From: Polyangiales bacterium
GTDB taxonomy: Bacteria; Myxococcota_A; Polyangia; Polyangiales; JADJQN01
DNA: 64,000 nucleotides
Assembly (NCBI GenBank): GCA_964202905.1
Contig: CAXNJO010000006.1
Coordinates: 1 to 64,000, forward strand
Direction: 5' to 3'
In this document: positions 50,260 through 60,363 of the stretch, piece by piece
Numbering within the stretch: position 1 is the stretch's first letter
Layout: each line of letters opens with the position of its first letter
Made by a program: the position numbers and the translations under genes
Notes under the pieces: model-generated
Database searches by the model: none
What the model was told of the DNA's origin: nothing
The model's input: only the letters and a program-made list of their open reading frames with translations

Positions 50260-50333
50260 CGGGGAGTAGCACAGCCTGGTAGTGCGCCAGCTTTGGGAGC
50301 TGGAAGTCGCAGGTTCGAATCCTGTCTCCCCGA
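50260..50333 (+). tRNA. tRNA-Pro(TGG)
   Basis: CGGGGAG/CTCCCCG acceptor stem, CCAGC-TTTGGGA-GCTGG anticodon arm, GTTCGAATC T-loop; CCA not encoded. Confidence 0.95.
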
Positions 50334-50363
50334 CCGACCTCCGCGCGCCCCGCGGCGCGCGTT

Positions 50364-50437
50364 GCGCCCATAGCTCAGCTGGATAGAGCAGCGGCCTTCT
50401 AAGCCGACGGTCCCGCGTTCGATTCGCGGTGGGCGCG
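50364..50437 (+). tRNA. tRNA-Arg(TCT)
   Basis: GCGCCCA/TGGGCGC acceptor stem, CGGC-CTTCTAA-GCCG anticodon arm, GTTCGATTC T-loop; CCA not encoded. Confidence 0.95.
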
Positions 50438-50513
50438 CCCCCTCCTCCCTCGGCTCGTCACGACCCCGTGCGCGCGACGGTGGGCCGGGACGCCCTCCGC
50501 CGCGCGCCCCGGA

Positions 50514-53459
50514 TCACCGGCAGGTCGCGGTCACGCCGCACTCGAAGCGGAGCGCCGGCGACGCGGCGAGCAGCCCATCGCGGGCCGTCACGCCGCGCCA
50601 CGTCTCGACGAAGTTGAAGCCGACGAACGACGCGTCGATGAGGCTCTCGTCGGTGGACAGCGGGCGCACGCCGGGGAACTCGCCGGCCTCGCCGAGCGCC
50701 GCGCGGAAGGGATCGAGTACGAAGTAGGAGTCGCTGACCGCGACGCGCGTGCTGGCGTTGAGCGCGCCCGCCCAGCCGCCGACCGCGGGGCCGGGTGCAT
50801 CGGTGCCGCCCCAGGTGGCGGCGGCGTAGGTGCGCGCGACGACCGGCCCTTCGGTGCCGATCGACGTGTACCAGCCGAAGAGTCCGCCCGCCGCGCCGCC
50901 GCTGCCGACGGCGATCGTCGAGAGCGCGTAGGCGTCGGACACGCCGCCGAGCGTCGCGCCGGCCCTCATCGTGATGCGCCCGATCAGACCGCCGACGACG
51001 TTGCCGCCGCGCACCGTGCCGTAGGCCGCGGCGAGCTCGAGCGTCGAGGTCGCGTAGGCCTCACGCGTGCCCTCGAGGCCGCCGACGTATGTCGCGCCGG
51101 AGACGTCGGCGCGTGCCCACACCGAGCGCGTCCGACACTTGTTGTAGCCCGCGAGCCCACCCACGTTGTCGCGCCCGGCGATGCGCGCGGCGTCGACGGA
51201 GAGGTCCTCCATCGTGTTGCCGCCCTCGCAGGCGCCGACGAGTCCTCCGACCATCAGCAACCCCGAGACGCTTCCGCGGAAGTTCGTGCGGACGAGCGAC
51301 CCGCTGCCGCCCATGTAGCCGATGGCCCCGCCGGCGAACGTCCAGCCGCTGATGGCACGTCCCGCGTCGTCCCAGACGACGGTGCCGTCCACGCTGCCGT
51401 CGAACGTGTTGCCTCCGTAGGAGACGCCGACGAGCCCGCCCACGCCCGAGTCGAACGTGGTGCCCACGCGGGCGCCGTTCCCGGTCGAGGAGACGCTGCC
51501 CCTGAACACGCCGCGCTCGACGGTGCCGGCGTCGCTCTGACCGACGAGCCCGCCGACGCTCGCGTCGCCGAGGACGACGCCCGACACGGTGACGTCGGAC
51601 AGCCGACCCGTCGCGGCGAGGAAGCCGGCGAGGCTGCCCACGACGCCGCCGCCCGCGATGTTCACGGCCTCGACCACGACCCGGCTCACCGAGCCCGAGA
51701 TGCCCGTGCCGAAGATCCCGACCCCGACGCCCGAGACGGGGGATCCCTTAATCGCATAGTTTCGGATCAGGAGTCCCGCGCCGTCGTAGACGCCCGCGAA
51801 GGACGTCTCCGGCGGCCCGAGCGTGCCGAGCGGCCCGAAGTCGAGGTCGCGCCGCTGCACGAACGCCGTGCTCGACGTGATGCAGAACGCCCCGGCGGCG
51901 TCCGCTCGCACGATCCCGCTGGTGCACGCGCCTGCGGACGTCATCGCGAGGAAGTGCTCCGGCGTGCAGATGCGGTACGGGTCGTCGGGCCTGCCGCTGC
52001 CGCCGCCGAAGCCGCGTGCGTCGGTGTAGGGCGTCTCGTCGACGAGGCCGTTGCAGTTGTCGTCGTCGCCGCAGATCTCCACGGCGCCCGGGTGGATGCG
52101 CGGGTTCGTGGGCGCGCAGTCGCCGCTGTTCGGCGCGCCGCCCGTGGTCGCGCACGCGGGCAGCGGCGCGGCCGGGTCGCCGTAGCCATCGCCATCGACG
52201 TCCGCGTAGCGCTGCACGGCCGCGGGGCGGAGACCGTCGTCGACGCGGCCGTCCCCGTCGTTGTCGAGGCCGTCGCAGGTCTCGATGTCCTCGACGTCGG
52301 GGATGCCGTCGTCGTCGGTGTCGGCGCCGCCGCAAGCCGGGGGCGTCGCACCGGTCGCGGCGTCGGGCGCGCAGGCCACGCACTCGGCGCCGCGGATGCA
52401 CACGCCCGTGACGCCGCCGCCGGCCGCGCAGGGCGAGCCGAGGCGGCGGTCGACGAAGGGCACGCACATCGGCACGGGCAGGCTGCAGTCGATGTAGCCC
52501 CAGCGGCACGGGTCGGTCGGCAGCGAGCAGACCTCCATGTAGCAGGGGGGCGGGCCGGCGTCGGTGCCCGCGTCGGGCTCGCCTGCGTCGGTGTCGCCCG
52601 CGTCGGGCTCGCCCGCGTCGAGCGCCCCGGCGTCGACATCGCCCGCGTCGGGCAGGCCCGCATCGACCTCACCGGCGTCGGCCTCGCCGGCATCGACGGA
52701 GTCCGCGTCGGGCGCGCCTGCGTCCCCGGCTGTCGGGAACGCGGGACGGCAGCCGCCTTCCACGGGGTTGGGATCGCACCACTCCGTCCCACCGCATGCA
52801 CCGGCGAGGGGGGCCTCGACGCACGCGCCGCCGACGCACTGCACCTCGGCGCACGGCGCGGCCGACGCGCACTCGCTCACGTCGTTGCAGTAGAGGATGT
52901 TCGGGCAGTCGCTCGAGGGGGCGAGCGGATCGCAGCAATGATCCGCGTACGTCGAGGGATCGTTCAGGTCGCACTCGGGATCGACGCAGCGACCCGCGAG
53001 GCACTCGCTGAAGGCGGCCGAGCCGCCTGGGCTCGGGCACATCGCGCCCACGCAGTCGCGGTCGAGGCGCACGAGCAGCGCGTAGCTCGTCGTGAAGCGC
53101 AGCCGCACCCAGCGCTCGATCAGCACGGTGCCGCCCTGCGCCTCGGGGCGGAAGAGCCGCACGCGCACCGAGCGCGTGCCCGGCGCGACGTTGTTGAACT
53201 CGGCCACGCGGCGCCCGCGCTCGAAGCGATCGGGGAAGCGCACGTCGCTCACGACCACGCGGTCGATCTCGTTGGGCTCGAATCGGCCGCCCGCCCCCGA
53301 GAAGAGGGTCGTCTCGATGCGGTCGAACTCCGGCCCGGGCACGAGGCCCGTCTGGACGTCGATCGAGAGGCTCTCGCCGTCGCTCGCGCACGCGGCGAGC
53401 GCGAGGGGGAGCGTGACGGCGAGCGCGAGGAACGCGGAGCGGAGGGTCGGGAAGCGCAT
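50514..53459 (-). CDS. Large modular lipoprotein: Cys-rich region, DAG linker, MopE-like Cys/Asp motif, GLUG domain
   Basis: MRFPTLRS...LAAC; ETCDGLDNDGDGRVDDG, DCAPTNPRIHPGAVEIC; GSGRPDDPYRIC and VGGLxG repeats. Confidence 0.85.
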   Translation of the reverse strand: MRFPTLRSAFLALAVTLPLALAACASDGESLSIDVQTGLVPGPEFDRIETTLFSGAGGRFEPNEIDRVVVSDVRFPDRFERGRRVAEFNNVAPGTRSVRVRLFRPEAQGGTVLIERWVRLRFTTSYALLVRLDRDCVGAMCPSPGGSAAFSECLAGRCVDPECDLNDPSTYADHCCDPLAPSSDCPNILYCNDVSECASAAPCAEVQCVGGACVEAPLAGACGGTEWCDPNPVEGGCRPAFPTAGDAGAPDADSVDAGEADAGEVDAGLPDAGDVDAGALDAGEPDAGDTDAGEPDAGTDAGPPPCYMEVCSLPTDPCRWGYIDCSLPVPMCVPFVDRRLGSPCAAGGGVTGVCIRGAECVACAPDAATGATPPACGGADTDDDGIPDVEDIETCDGLDNDGDGRVDDGLRPAAVQRYADVDGDGYGDPAAPLPACATTGGAPNSGDCAPTNPRIHPGAVEICGDDDNCNGLVDETPYTDARGFGGGSGRPDDPYRICTPEHFLAMTSAGACTSGIVRADAAGAFCITSSTAFVQRRDLDFGPLGTLGPPETSFAGVYDGAGLLIRNYAIKGSPVSGVGVGIFGTGISGSVSRVVVEAVNIAGGGVVGSLAGFLAATGRLSDVTVSGVVLGDASVGGLVGQSDAGTVERGVFRGSVSSTGNGARVGTTFDSGVGGLVGVSYGGNTFDGSVDGTVVWDDAGRAISGWTFAGGAIGYMGGSGSLVRTNFRGSVSGLLMVGGLVGACEGGNTMEDLSVDAARIAGRDNVGGLAGYNKCRTRSVWARADVSGATYVGGLEGTREAYATSTLELAAAYGTVRGGNVVGGLIGRITMRAGATLGGVSDAYALSTIAVGSGGAAGGLFGWYTSIGTEGPVVARTYAAATWGGTDAPGPAVGGWAGALNASTRVAVSDSYFVLDPFRAALGEAGEFPGVRPLSTDESLIDASFVGFNFVETWRGVTARDGLLAASPALRFECGVTATCR
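52553..52730 (-). repeat. Degenerate 15-bp repeat encoding (DAGxx)n acidic linker
   Basis: DAGEA DAGEV DAGLP DAGDV DAGAL DAGEP DAGDT DAGEP. Confidence 0.8.
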
Positions 53460-53551
53460 CGTGGGGCTCGTGGGGATGGCGGTGTCGGCCGTGTTGTCGG
53501 GTTGGAACGTGTTGCGGGGTGCGTGTCGTCCGGGCGTCGCGCCCGCCGCCG

Positions 53552-54139
53552 TCAGAGCTCGCAGAGGTGGACGCCGTCCGTGCACCAGGTCGCCATCTCG
53601 CCCTCGCGGCAGCCGGCGATGTCGCAGCGGTCGATCTCGGCGGGCGTGACGGGCGTCGTCGCCGGGGGCGTCGTCGCGTCGAGGCGGTAGCGCGTGACGA
53701 CGCCTTCGTAGAACACGCGCGGCAGCACGAATTGCAGCTCGGTGCGCGGGTCCGCGGGCGTCCCCTCGCACGCCGCCAGCGTCTCGCAGTAGAGGACGCG
53801 TACCGCGAGCGGGCGCGTGAGCTGCGCGGGCTGCGCGAGCACGCTGAGGCGCAGCGTCTGGGGCGTCGCCCCGAGCGTCACGGTCGCGCTCGGCACGTCG
53901 GCCGCCCAGTCGGATTCGAAGTCGGTCGTGTCGGACTCGAGCTGCACCGTGACCGCGCCGATCGCCGTGCCACCCACGAGCGTGCCCGCCGCGGGGAGCT
54001 CGACGTCGAGGTCGAAGACGGCGTTCTCGGTGCAAGCGGCGCAGAGCAGCGCGAGGGCTGCGAGCGCGGCCACGCGGAGCGCGGCGTGGCGCGGGCGACC
54101 GTCGACGGGCGCGGCGGGGCGGCGGCGCTGGGCGGTCAC
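53552..54139 (-). CDS. Hypothetical lipoprotein
   Basis: ALRVAALAALALLCAAC lipobox; GTGA overlap with the upstream PEGA gene. Confidence 0.75.
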   Translation of the reverse strand: MTAQRRRPAAPVDGRPRHAALRVAALAALALLCAACTENAVFDLDVELPAAGTLVGGTAIGAVTVQLESDTTDFESDWAADVPSATVTLGATPQTLRLSVLAQPAQLTRPLAVRVLYCETLAACEGTPADPRTELQFVLPRVFYEGVVTRYRLDATTPPATTPVTPAEIDRCDIAGCREGEMATWCTDGVHLCEL

Positions 54140-54957
54140 AGGCTCACCGCCACGCGACCGGCCGTCGCGTCGAGCTGCGCGTCGTCCTGCATCCAGAAGC
54201 CCACGCCCACGCCGGCGCCCACCACGACGACGGCGGCGATCGAGATCCAGATCCACGCCGAGCTGCCCGACGACGCGCGCGCCGGGGCCCGCGCGGGGGC
54301 GGGCGTGGTCACGGCGAGCGGGGACGGGCTGAGCGCGACGTCCTCGGTGGCGCCGTCCGCGAGCACGCCCTCCCAGCGGGCGCTCGCGTGCGCCGGCGCG
54401 CTCGCCTCGAGCACGTGCGTGCCCGGGTCCACCGAGAGGACCAGCGGGCGCTCGGTGCCCGTCGGCGTGAGGCGCCCGTCGAGCCGCAGCTCGAGGCGCT
54501 CGAGCGGCGGCAGTCCGCTCACGCGGAGGCGCGCGACGCGGTTGGATTCCTCGCGGAGGAGGCGCTCCGCCTCGGCGTGCGTGTCGTCGTCGAGCGGGTG
54601 GTCCCGCAGCAGTCGCAGCAGCACGTCGCGCGACGCCACGTGGCGCCCGAGCGCGCGCAGCGTGGTGGCGACGTTGAAGAGCGCGCTCGGCACGCGGGCG
54701 AGCTCGTAGGCGCGCTCGAACTCGCGCAGCGCGTCGCTCCAGCGGACCTCGTCGGCGGCCGCGAGGCCGCGGGCATACGCCGCGCGCCCCTCGGCGAAGC
54801 GGGCCTCGGCACTCGCCGTGCCCACGTCGATCGCCGCGCCCGATGCGGGCGGCGCGGTGGCCTCCTGCGCGTGGGCGAGGGCGCCCGGCACCGCGAGCGC
54901 GGCGACGAGCAGGGCGAGCCGCGCGAGCGTGCGCGGCAGGAAAGACAAACGGTTCAC
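54136..54957 (-). CDS. TPR/PEGA-like membrane-anchored protein
   Basis: Signal peptide; ARFAEGRAAY...ALREFERAYEL...LFNVA; VDPGTHVLEASAP; C-terminal WIWISIAAVVVVGAGVGVG. Confidence 0.8.
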   Translation of the reverse strand: MNRLSFLPRTLARLALLVAALAVPGALAHAQEATAPPASGAAIDVGTASAEARFAEGRAAYARGLAAADEVRWSDALREFERAYELARVPSALFNVATTLRALGRHVASRDVLLRLLRDHPLDDDTHAEAERLLREESNRVARLRVSGLPPLERLELRLDGRLTPTGTERPLVLSVDPGTHVLEASAPAHASARWEGVLADGATEDVALSPSPLAVTTPAPARAPARASSGSSAWIWISIAAVVVVGAGVGVGFWMQDDAQLDATAGRVAVSL

Positions 54958-56681
54958 GGGTGGGCCAGCTCTCGTTCGAAGGTGTCCATGCCGCGGAGGG
55001 CCCCGCGTCGCGTCGTCGTGTCGGCGGGGGGCGCAGCGGTCGCGGTCGTCGCGGGGGGTGGGGCCGCCGTCGGGGAGGCGGCGTGCGCCTCGCGCGCCGC
55101 GTCGGTCGCTCCGCGTCGACGTGTCCGCGCGCGCGGCGCGTCTTCTTCCCATGGAACGAGGATTTCCGTCGCCGGGTACGCGGGCGGGACCTCGGGGGTG
55201 GGCGCATCCACACGCGCAGCCGCGGGGCCGGTCGCGTCGGTCGCGTCGGTCGCCATGGTCGGGGTCGGGGTCGGGCGCGCGGTCGTCGACTCGGGTGCAG
55301 GCGTCTCAGCGGTCGACGTCTCGGGCGTGGGGGACGTCGTCGCGGCGTCGGACACGGCCTCGCCGGGCGGCGCCTCGTGCGCGTTCCTGCTCAGGAACCA
55401 TCCGCCGACCGCGAGGCCGATCACGCCGCACAGCGCGAGCGCGGCGAGGGCATGCTTCGGCGAGAGGCCGCGCGCCGGGGCGGGGGCCTCCTGCGCCACC
55501 GCGGCGCGGCGGGCGGCCAGCGACGTGCGCACCGCGCTGCCGTCTTCGCCGCCAGCGTCGTCCACCTCGATGTCCAGCGCGGCCGGATCCTCAGTCGCCA
55601 CGGGTACTTGCGCGCCCGGTGCGCTCACGCGTCCGCGCGCGCCCGACGCCGACACGGATGGCGTGTGCTCCTGCTCGAAGCCGGCGACGGCGCCCTCGAT
55701 GCGGGCACGGAGCGCGTCGAGCCGTGGGCCCTCGGCGCGCTGCAGCCAGACCTCGATGTCGCCGCGATCGGTGCGCGTGCCCCCTGCGGCGGCGCGCAGC
55801 GCGCGGGAGAAGTCCGCGGCCGTCGCGACGCGCTTCGTGAGGTCGCGCTCGAGCGCGCTCGCCACCGCGTCCGCGACGGCCTTCGTGCAGCCGTAGGCGG
55901 GCTCGTCGAGGCGCGGGATCGGCTTCCCCCGCACGGCCTCGAGCGTGGTGAGCGGGTTCTCCGTCGCGAAGAGGCGCTGCGCCGCGAGCGTCTCCCAGGC
56001 GACGACGCCGAGCGCGAACACGTCCGCGCGCGCGTCGAGCTCGGCCGCGTTCGCCTGCTCGGGCGAGAAGTACGCGAACTTCCCCTTCAACTCGCCGGTG
56101 TTGGTGCGCGTGAGGCGGTTCAGGGCCCGCGCGACGCCGAAGTCCGTGATGCGCGCGCGCCCGTCCGTGCCGAGCAGCACGTTCTGCGGGGAGATGTCGC
56201 GGTGCACGATGCCGAGCGGCACGCCCGTCGCGCTCCGCGCCTCGTGCGCGTCGTGGAGCCCGTCGGCGGCCTGCGCGAGGATCTCGACCGCGATGGCCAC
56301 GGGCACGCGCTCGCCCCGCGCGAAGACGCTGCGCAGGAGCTGCGCGAGCGAGAGCCCGACGATCAGCTCCATCACGAGGAAGGGCGCGTCGTTCTCGTCG
56401 ACCCCGAGATCGAGCGTGGGCACGACGTGCGGGCTGTTGATGTCGGCCGCGATGCGCGCCTCGTCGAGGAACATCTGGACAAAGTGCTCGTCCGTGCCGA
56501 GGTGCGGCAGCATCCGCTTGATCGCGACGAGCTTGCGGAAGCCGCGCTCGCCGCGCTGCGCGCCGACGTAGACCTCGGCCATGCCGCCCGCAGCGATGCG
56601 GAAGAGCAGCCGGTAGCGCCCGAGCGTCCCGCTGTCCGCTGCGCGCTGCGCCGCCAGCCCGCGCCCCGCCGCTTCGCCCAT
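54954..56681 (-). CDS. Membrane Ser/Thr protein kinase
   Basis: IAAGGMAEVY, VAIKRM, HRDISPQNVL, DFGVAR, KGKFAYFSPEQ, DVFALG; TM and Pro/Thr-rich tail. Confidence 0.95.
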   Translation of the reverse strand: MGEAAGRGLAAQRAADSGTLGRYRLLFRIAAGGMAEVYVGAQRGERGFRKLVAIKRMLPHLGTDEHFVQMFLDEARIAADINSPHVVPTLDLGVDENDAPFLVMELIVGLSLAQLLRSVFARGERVPVAIAVEILAQAADGLHDAHEARSATGVPLGIVHRDISPQNVLLGTDGRARITDFGVARALNRLTRTNTGELKGKFAYFSPEQANAAELDARADVFALGVVAWETLAAQRLFATENPLTTLEAVRGKPIPRLDEPAYGCTKAVADAVASALERDLTKRVATAADFSRALRAAAGGTRTDRGDIEVWLQRAEGPRLDALRARIEGAVAGFEQEHTPSVSASGARGRVSAPGAQVPVATEDPAALDIEVDDAGGEDGSAVRTSLAARRAAVAQEAPAPARGLSPKHALAALALCGVIGLAVGGWFLSRNAHEAPPGEAVSDAATTSPTPETSTAETPAPESTTARPTPTPTMATDATDATGPAAARVDAPTPEVPPAYPATEILVPWEEDAPRARTRRRGATDAAREAHAASPTAAPPPATTATAAPPADTTTRRGALRGMDTFERELAHP

Positions 56682-56868
56682 GCGGCCGACGCTATCACAC
56701 GCCCGCCTCGCGCTGCACGCGCGTGATGTCGCGTGCCGAGCGGGGCTGCGCGAAAAAGAGCGCGTGGCGTGTCCGAGGCGCCCGGATGCGGCCGCAGGGG
56801 GGCGTGAAGGCCGGGAGGCACCGCGCAGCGGGCCCCGGTCACCACCACCCCCACCCCTGAGGTCCGCC

Positions 56869-57774
56869 ATGTCGCGTTCGTCGTCGTCTGGCTCCGTTCG
56901 CGTTCTCCTTTCCCCCCTCTCCACCCGCCCGGCGCTCGCCGCGCGCCGCACGATCGTCGTCGGTGACGTCCACGGCGACCTCGTGGGCCTCGAGCACGTG
57001 CTGCGGCACGCCGGTCTCCTCGACGCCGTGGGCCGCTGGTGCGGGGGCGGCGCGCGCCTCGTGCAGCTCGGCGACTGCATCGATCGCGGCCACCAGTCGG
57101 CCGAGGTGCTCGACCTGCTCCGCCGCCTGCAGGACGACGCGCCGGCGCACGGCGGCGAGGTCGTGCGCCTGATCGGCAACCACGAGATGGAGCCGATGCG
57201 CGGGGAGTTCGCCTACATGCAGAACGTCCGCGACCCGCGCGGCGTGCGCGCGCGGCTCCTCGCGGAGGCCGCCGAGGGGCGGCTCGTCGCCGCGGCCGAG
57301 GTCGAGGGCTGGCTGTGCATCCATGGCGGCCTGCGCCCCGCGCTCGGGCGCCAGCTCCGGCGCGAGGCGCGCGCGGCGGGGCACGGCGAGGGGCTCGGCG
57401 CGCTCGTCGCGCAGGCGAACGACGTCCTCGTCGTCGCGGTGCACACCGACGACTTCTCGCACGCGCTCTTCGCGCACCGCACGGGCGGCCTGTGGACGTA
57501 CGCGGACGCGCTCGCGACGAGCGGCGGCGCGGCGCGCGTCCCGCAGATCGTCGGGCACAGCGTCAAGGCGACGCCCTTCGGGCTCGACGGGATCCTCTGC
57601 GCCGATCAGGGGCTCTCGTACCGCATGTGCCACACGCGCGGCTACCTCTCGCTCGCCGCGGGCCGCGTGAACTGGGTCCGGGAACGCGCCGCGGGGTGCT
57701 GGTCCGACTCGTCGCGCGCGCTCGACGATCTCTGGACCGTGCGGGTGGCGGCGACGGGCTCGAGCGCGGCGTGA
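56869..57774 (+). CDS. Metallophosphoesterase (PPP family, Shewanella-like phosphatase type)
   Basis: GDVHGD, QLGDCIDRG, GNHE, HGG, IVGHS. Confidence 0.88.
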   Translation: MSRSSSSGSVRVLLSPLSTRPALAARRTIVVGDVHGDLVGLEHVLRHAGLLDAVGRWCGGGARLVQLGDCIDRGHQSAEVLDLLRRLQDDAPAHGGEVVRLIGNHEMEPMRGEFAYMQNVRDPRGVRARLLAEAAEGRLVAAAEVEGWLCIHGGLRPALGRQLRREARAAGHGEGLGALVAQANDVLVVAVHTDDFSHALFAHRTGGLWTYADALATSGGAARVPQIVGHSVKATPFGLDGILCADQGLSYRMCHTRGYLSLAAGRVNWVRERAAGCWSDSSRALDDLWTVRVAATGSSAA

Positions 57775-57862
57775 CGCGTCGCGCGCCGCGCCGACAGGTA
57801 GGCGTGTGTCGGAACGTGCAGGCCGCGTGGGTGGCGCGCTCGTTGCGTAGTGGTGCGACCCC

Positions 57863-59012
57863 ATGGCCCTCCGGCGACTCCCGTCCTCGCTCGCGCTCTT
57901 CCCGCTGGTCGCCTTCGGCCCGCTGGTCGCTCTCGGCTGCACGGCCGGGACGGACGACGCGCCCCCGAATCGCCCGCCCGTCGTCGCCTTCGACGATGCA
58001 GGCGTCGACGACGACGTGAGCCCCGCGCACGACGACTACGTACCGCCCGCGGACCCGACCGTCACCACGGATGGAGACACCGGTCCCCAGGAGGTGCCGC
58101 TCGACTCGGCCTACGCGCTCATCACGGGGATGACCGTCGCGCAGGCCGTGAACGCCTCGTGCTCGACCACGATCGTCGCGGGCCTCAGCGCCCAGCTCGT
58201 CGGCGAGCTCGAGTGCCTGCGGCCCGGCACGATGGGCTCCCTCGCAGGCGCGTCGAACATCGCGCGCGGCGCGGCGGCCTCGGCGAGCCTGCAGGCGCCG
58301 GCGGCGTCGGCCCTGCGGCGCGCGGCGCTGCGGCGCTCGGTGCGCCTCTCGGTCAACTCGGGGCTCCGCACGCTCGCGCAGCAGTATCTGCTCTACCGCT
58401 GGGCGGGGGTGCGCTGCGGCGTGAGCATCGCGGCGGCGCCCGGGCGCAGCAACCACAACGGCGGGCTCGCCGTCGACATCGAGGACAACGCGGGCTGGCG
58501 CCGCGTGCTCGAGGCCGAGGGCTTCCGCTGGCTCGGCGCGCGCGACCCTGTTCACTTCGACTACGTCGGCGCGGGCGCGATCGACATCCGCGCGCTCTCG
58601 GTGCAGGCCTTCCAGCGGCTCTGGAACCGCAACAACCCAAGCGACACCATCGCAGTCGATGGCAATTACGGGCCGGCGACCGAGTCGCGGCTCCGGCAGG
58701 CCCCTGCGGCGGGCTTCGCGAGCGGCCCGTCGTGCGGCGCCCCGACGCCGGCCCCGAGCCCCGCACCGATGCCCGCGCCCGAGCCGTCGCCCGCGCCTGC
58801 GCCCGCGCCCGCGCCTGCGCCCGCACTGCGCCTGCGCCTGCGCCTGCGCCTGCGCGCGCCTGCGGGCACCTCCGCACAGCTTCGGCGGCGTCTACGCGGA
58901 CCGCGCGTGCTCGGCGAGCTACCAGTGCTGCGACGGCGCGTGGCGGACGCGCGGCGGCTGCGGCGGGTGCGCGTGCGTCGAGGCGAGCGGCGGCACCGGC
59001 TGCAGCCCCTGA
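57863..59012 (+). CDS. M15-family metallopeptidase lipoprotein with peptidoglycan-binding segment, Pro-Ala linker and Cys-rich C-terminus (frameshifted)
   Basis: NSGLRTLAQQ, AAPGRSNHNGGLAVD, DPVHFD, VDGNYGPATE; C-terminal HSFGGVYADRACSASYQCCDG in the frame ending 59012. Confidence 0.8.
58792..58864 (+). repeat. Hexamer repeat (GCGCCY)n encoding an AP linker
   Basis: Read directly; contains shortened units that shift the frame. Confidence 0.85.
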
Positions 59013-59097
59013 CGCATCGGTCCACGCGCGCTCCCGGCCGCGAGCGGCGTCGGGCTTCGCTTGCGGGCCGCGGGGGCCGGCCCCATCGTCCCCCGGC

Positions 59098-60264
59098 GTG
59101 CGCATCGAGCTCCACGGCGACCTCTCGCGGATCGACCCCGACGCGTGGGACGCCCTCACCGGCGACGACGACCCGTTCATCGAGCACGCCTTCCTGCGGA
59201 CGCTCGAGACGAGCGGCTCGGTCGGCGGCGACACGGGCTGGGACCCGCTGCACGTCACCGTGTGGGACGGCGCGGCGCTCGTGGCGGCGCTGCCGCTCTA
59301 CGTGAAGGCGCACTCGTACGGGGAGTTCATCTTCGACTTCGCGTGGGCCAACGCGTCGCACCGCGCCGGGCTCCCCTACTACCCGAAGCTCGTGTCGATG
59401 ACGCCCTTCACGCCGGCGACGGGGCGCCGCGTGCTGCGCGCGCCCGGCCGCGATCCCGAGCCGCTCGTCGCGGCGCTGCTCGCGGGCGTGCAGGCGGCCG
59501 CGGAGCAGGCGGGCGCGTCGGGCGCGCACCTGCTGTTCGTCCCCGAGGAGGAGCGCGCGCTCTTCGGCCCGCACGACGCGGTGCGCGAGCGGCTCTCGTA
59601 CCAGTTCCACTGGCACGGCGCGGGTGACCGCACCTTCGAGGACTACCTCGCCCGCTTCCGCGCGGAGGTCCGCAAACAGGTCCGGAAGGAGCGCCGCAGC
59701 GTCGCCGAGAGCGGCCTCGCGGTGCGCGTCGTCGAGGGGCCGGACCTGAGCCCGGCGGAGTGGGAGACGCTCGACCTCTTCTACCGCGACACCTGCGCGC
59801 GCAAGGGCTCCGAGGCGTACCTCGCGCCGCCGTTCTTCGCGCAGCTGCGCGCGACCCGGGCGGTGCAGCGGGTCGTCGCCGTGCTCGCGTACGAGGGCGG
59901 GACGCCCGTCGCCGGCACGCTCAACTTCGAGAAGGGGCGGCACCTCTACGGCCGCTACTGGGGCTGCCTCGCGCAGCACGACGCCCTCCACTTCGAGCTC
60001 TGTTACTACCAGCTGATCGAGCGCGCGATCGCGCGCGGCCACGTGCGCTTCGAGGCGGGCGCGCAGGGTGAACACAAGATCAAGCGCGGCCTCGTGCCCT
60101 CGCCCGTGTACAGCGTGCACTGGCTCGCGCAGCGGGTGCTTTCGGAGGCCGTGCGGGATTTCCTCCCGCGCGAGGCCGTCGCGGTGCGGCGCGAGATGGC
60201 GATGCTCGACACGCAGTCGCCGTTCCACCGCGGCCCGGCGAAGACACCGCCCTCGGGCGCCTAG
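59098..60264 (+). CDS. GNAT-family N-acetyltransferase (FemAB-like/DUF482)
   Basis: HSYGEFIFDFAWA, YYPKL, PFTPATG, LYGRYWG, LHFELCYYQ, FEAGAQGEHK. Confidence 0.92.
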   Translation: MRIELHGDLSRIDPDAWDALTGDDDPFIEHAFLRTLETSGSVGGDTGWDPLHVTVWDGAALVAALPLYVKAHSYGEFIFDFAWANASHRAGLPYYPKLVSMTPFTPATGRRVLRAPGRDPEPLVAALLAGVQAAAEQAGASGAHLLFVPEEERALFGPHDAVRERLSYQFHWHGAGDRTFEDYLARFRAEVRKQVRKERRSVAESGLAVRVVEGPDLSPAEWETLDLFYRDTCARKGSEAYLAPPFFAQLRATRAVQRVVAVLAYEGGTPVAGTLNFEKGRHLYGRYWGCLAQHDALHFELCYYQLIERAIARGHVRFEAGAQGEHKIKRGLVPSPVYSVHWLAQRVLSEAVRDFLPREAVAVRREMAMLDTQSPFHRGPAKTPPSGA

Positions 60265-60363
60265 GTACCGGGCGGCCGGACGACGACGCGTCGCGCGCCG
60301 CGGACGTCCCCGCCTCGGGCGCCCGGGCTGGCCCTGCACTCAAGGCCGCTGCGCGCCGTGTGT

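Noticed and set aside
50260..50520. Prophage or ICE integrated at tRNA-Pro/tRNA-Arg
   Set aside because: No integrase and no duplicated tRNA 3' end seen in the window
57850..60264. 804-aa ORF as one protein
   Set aside because: GNAT motifs begin only at GTG 59098; the upstream part is off-frame over the M15 gene
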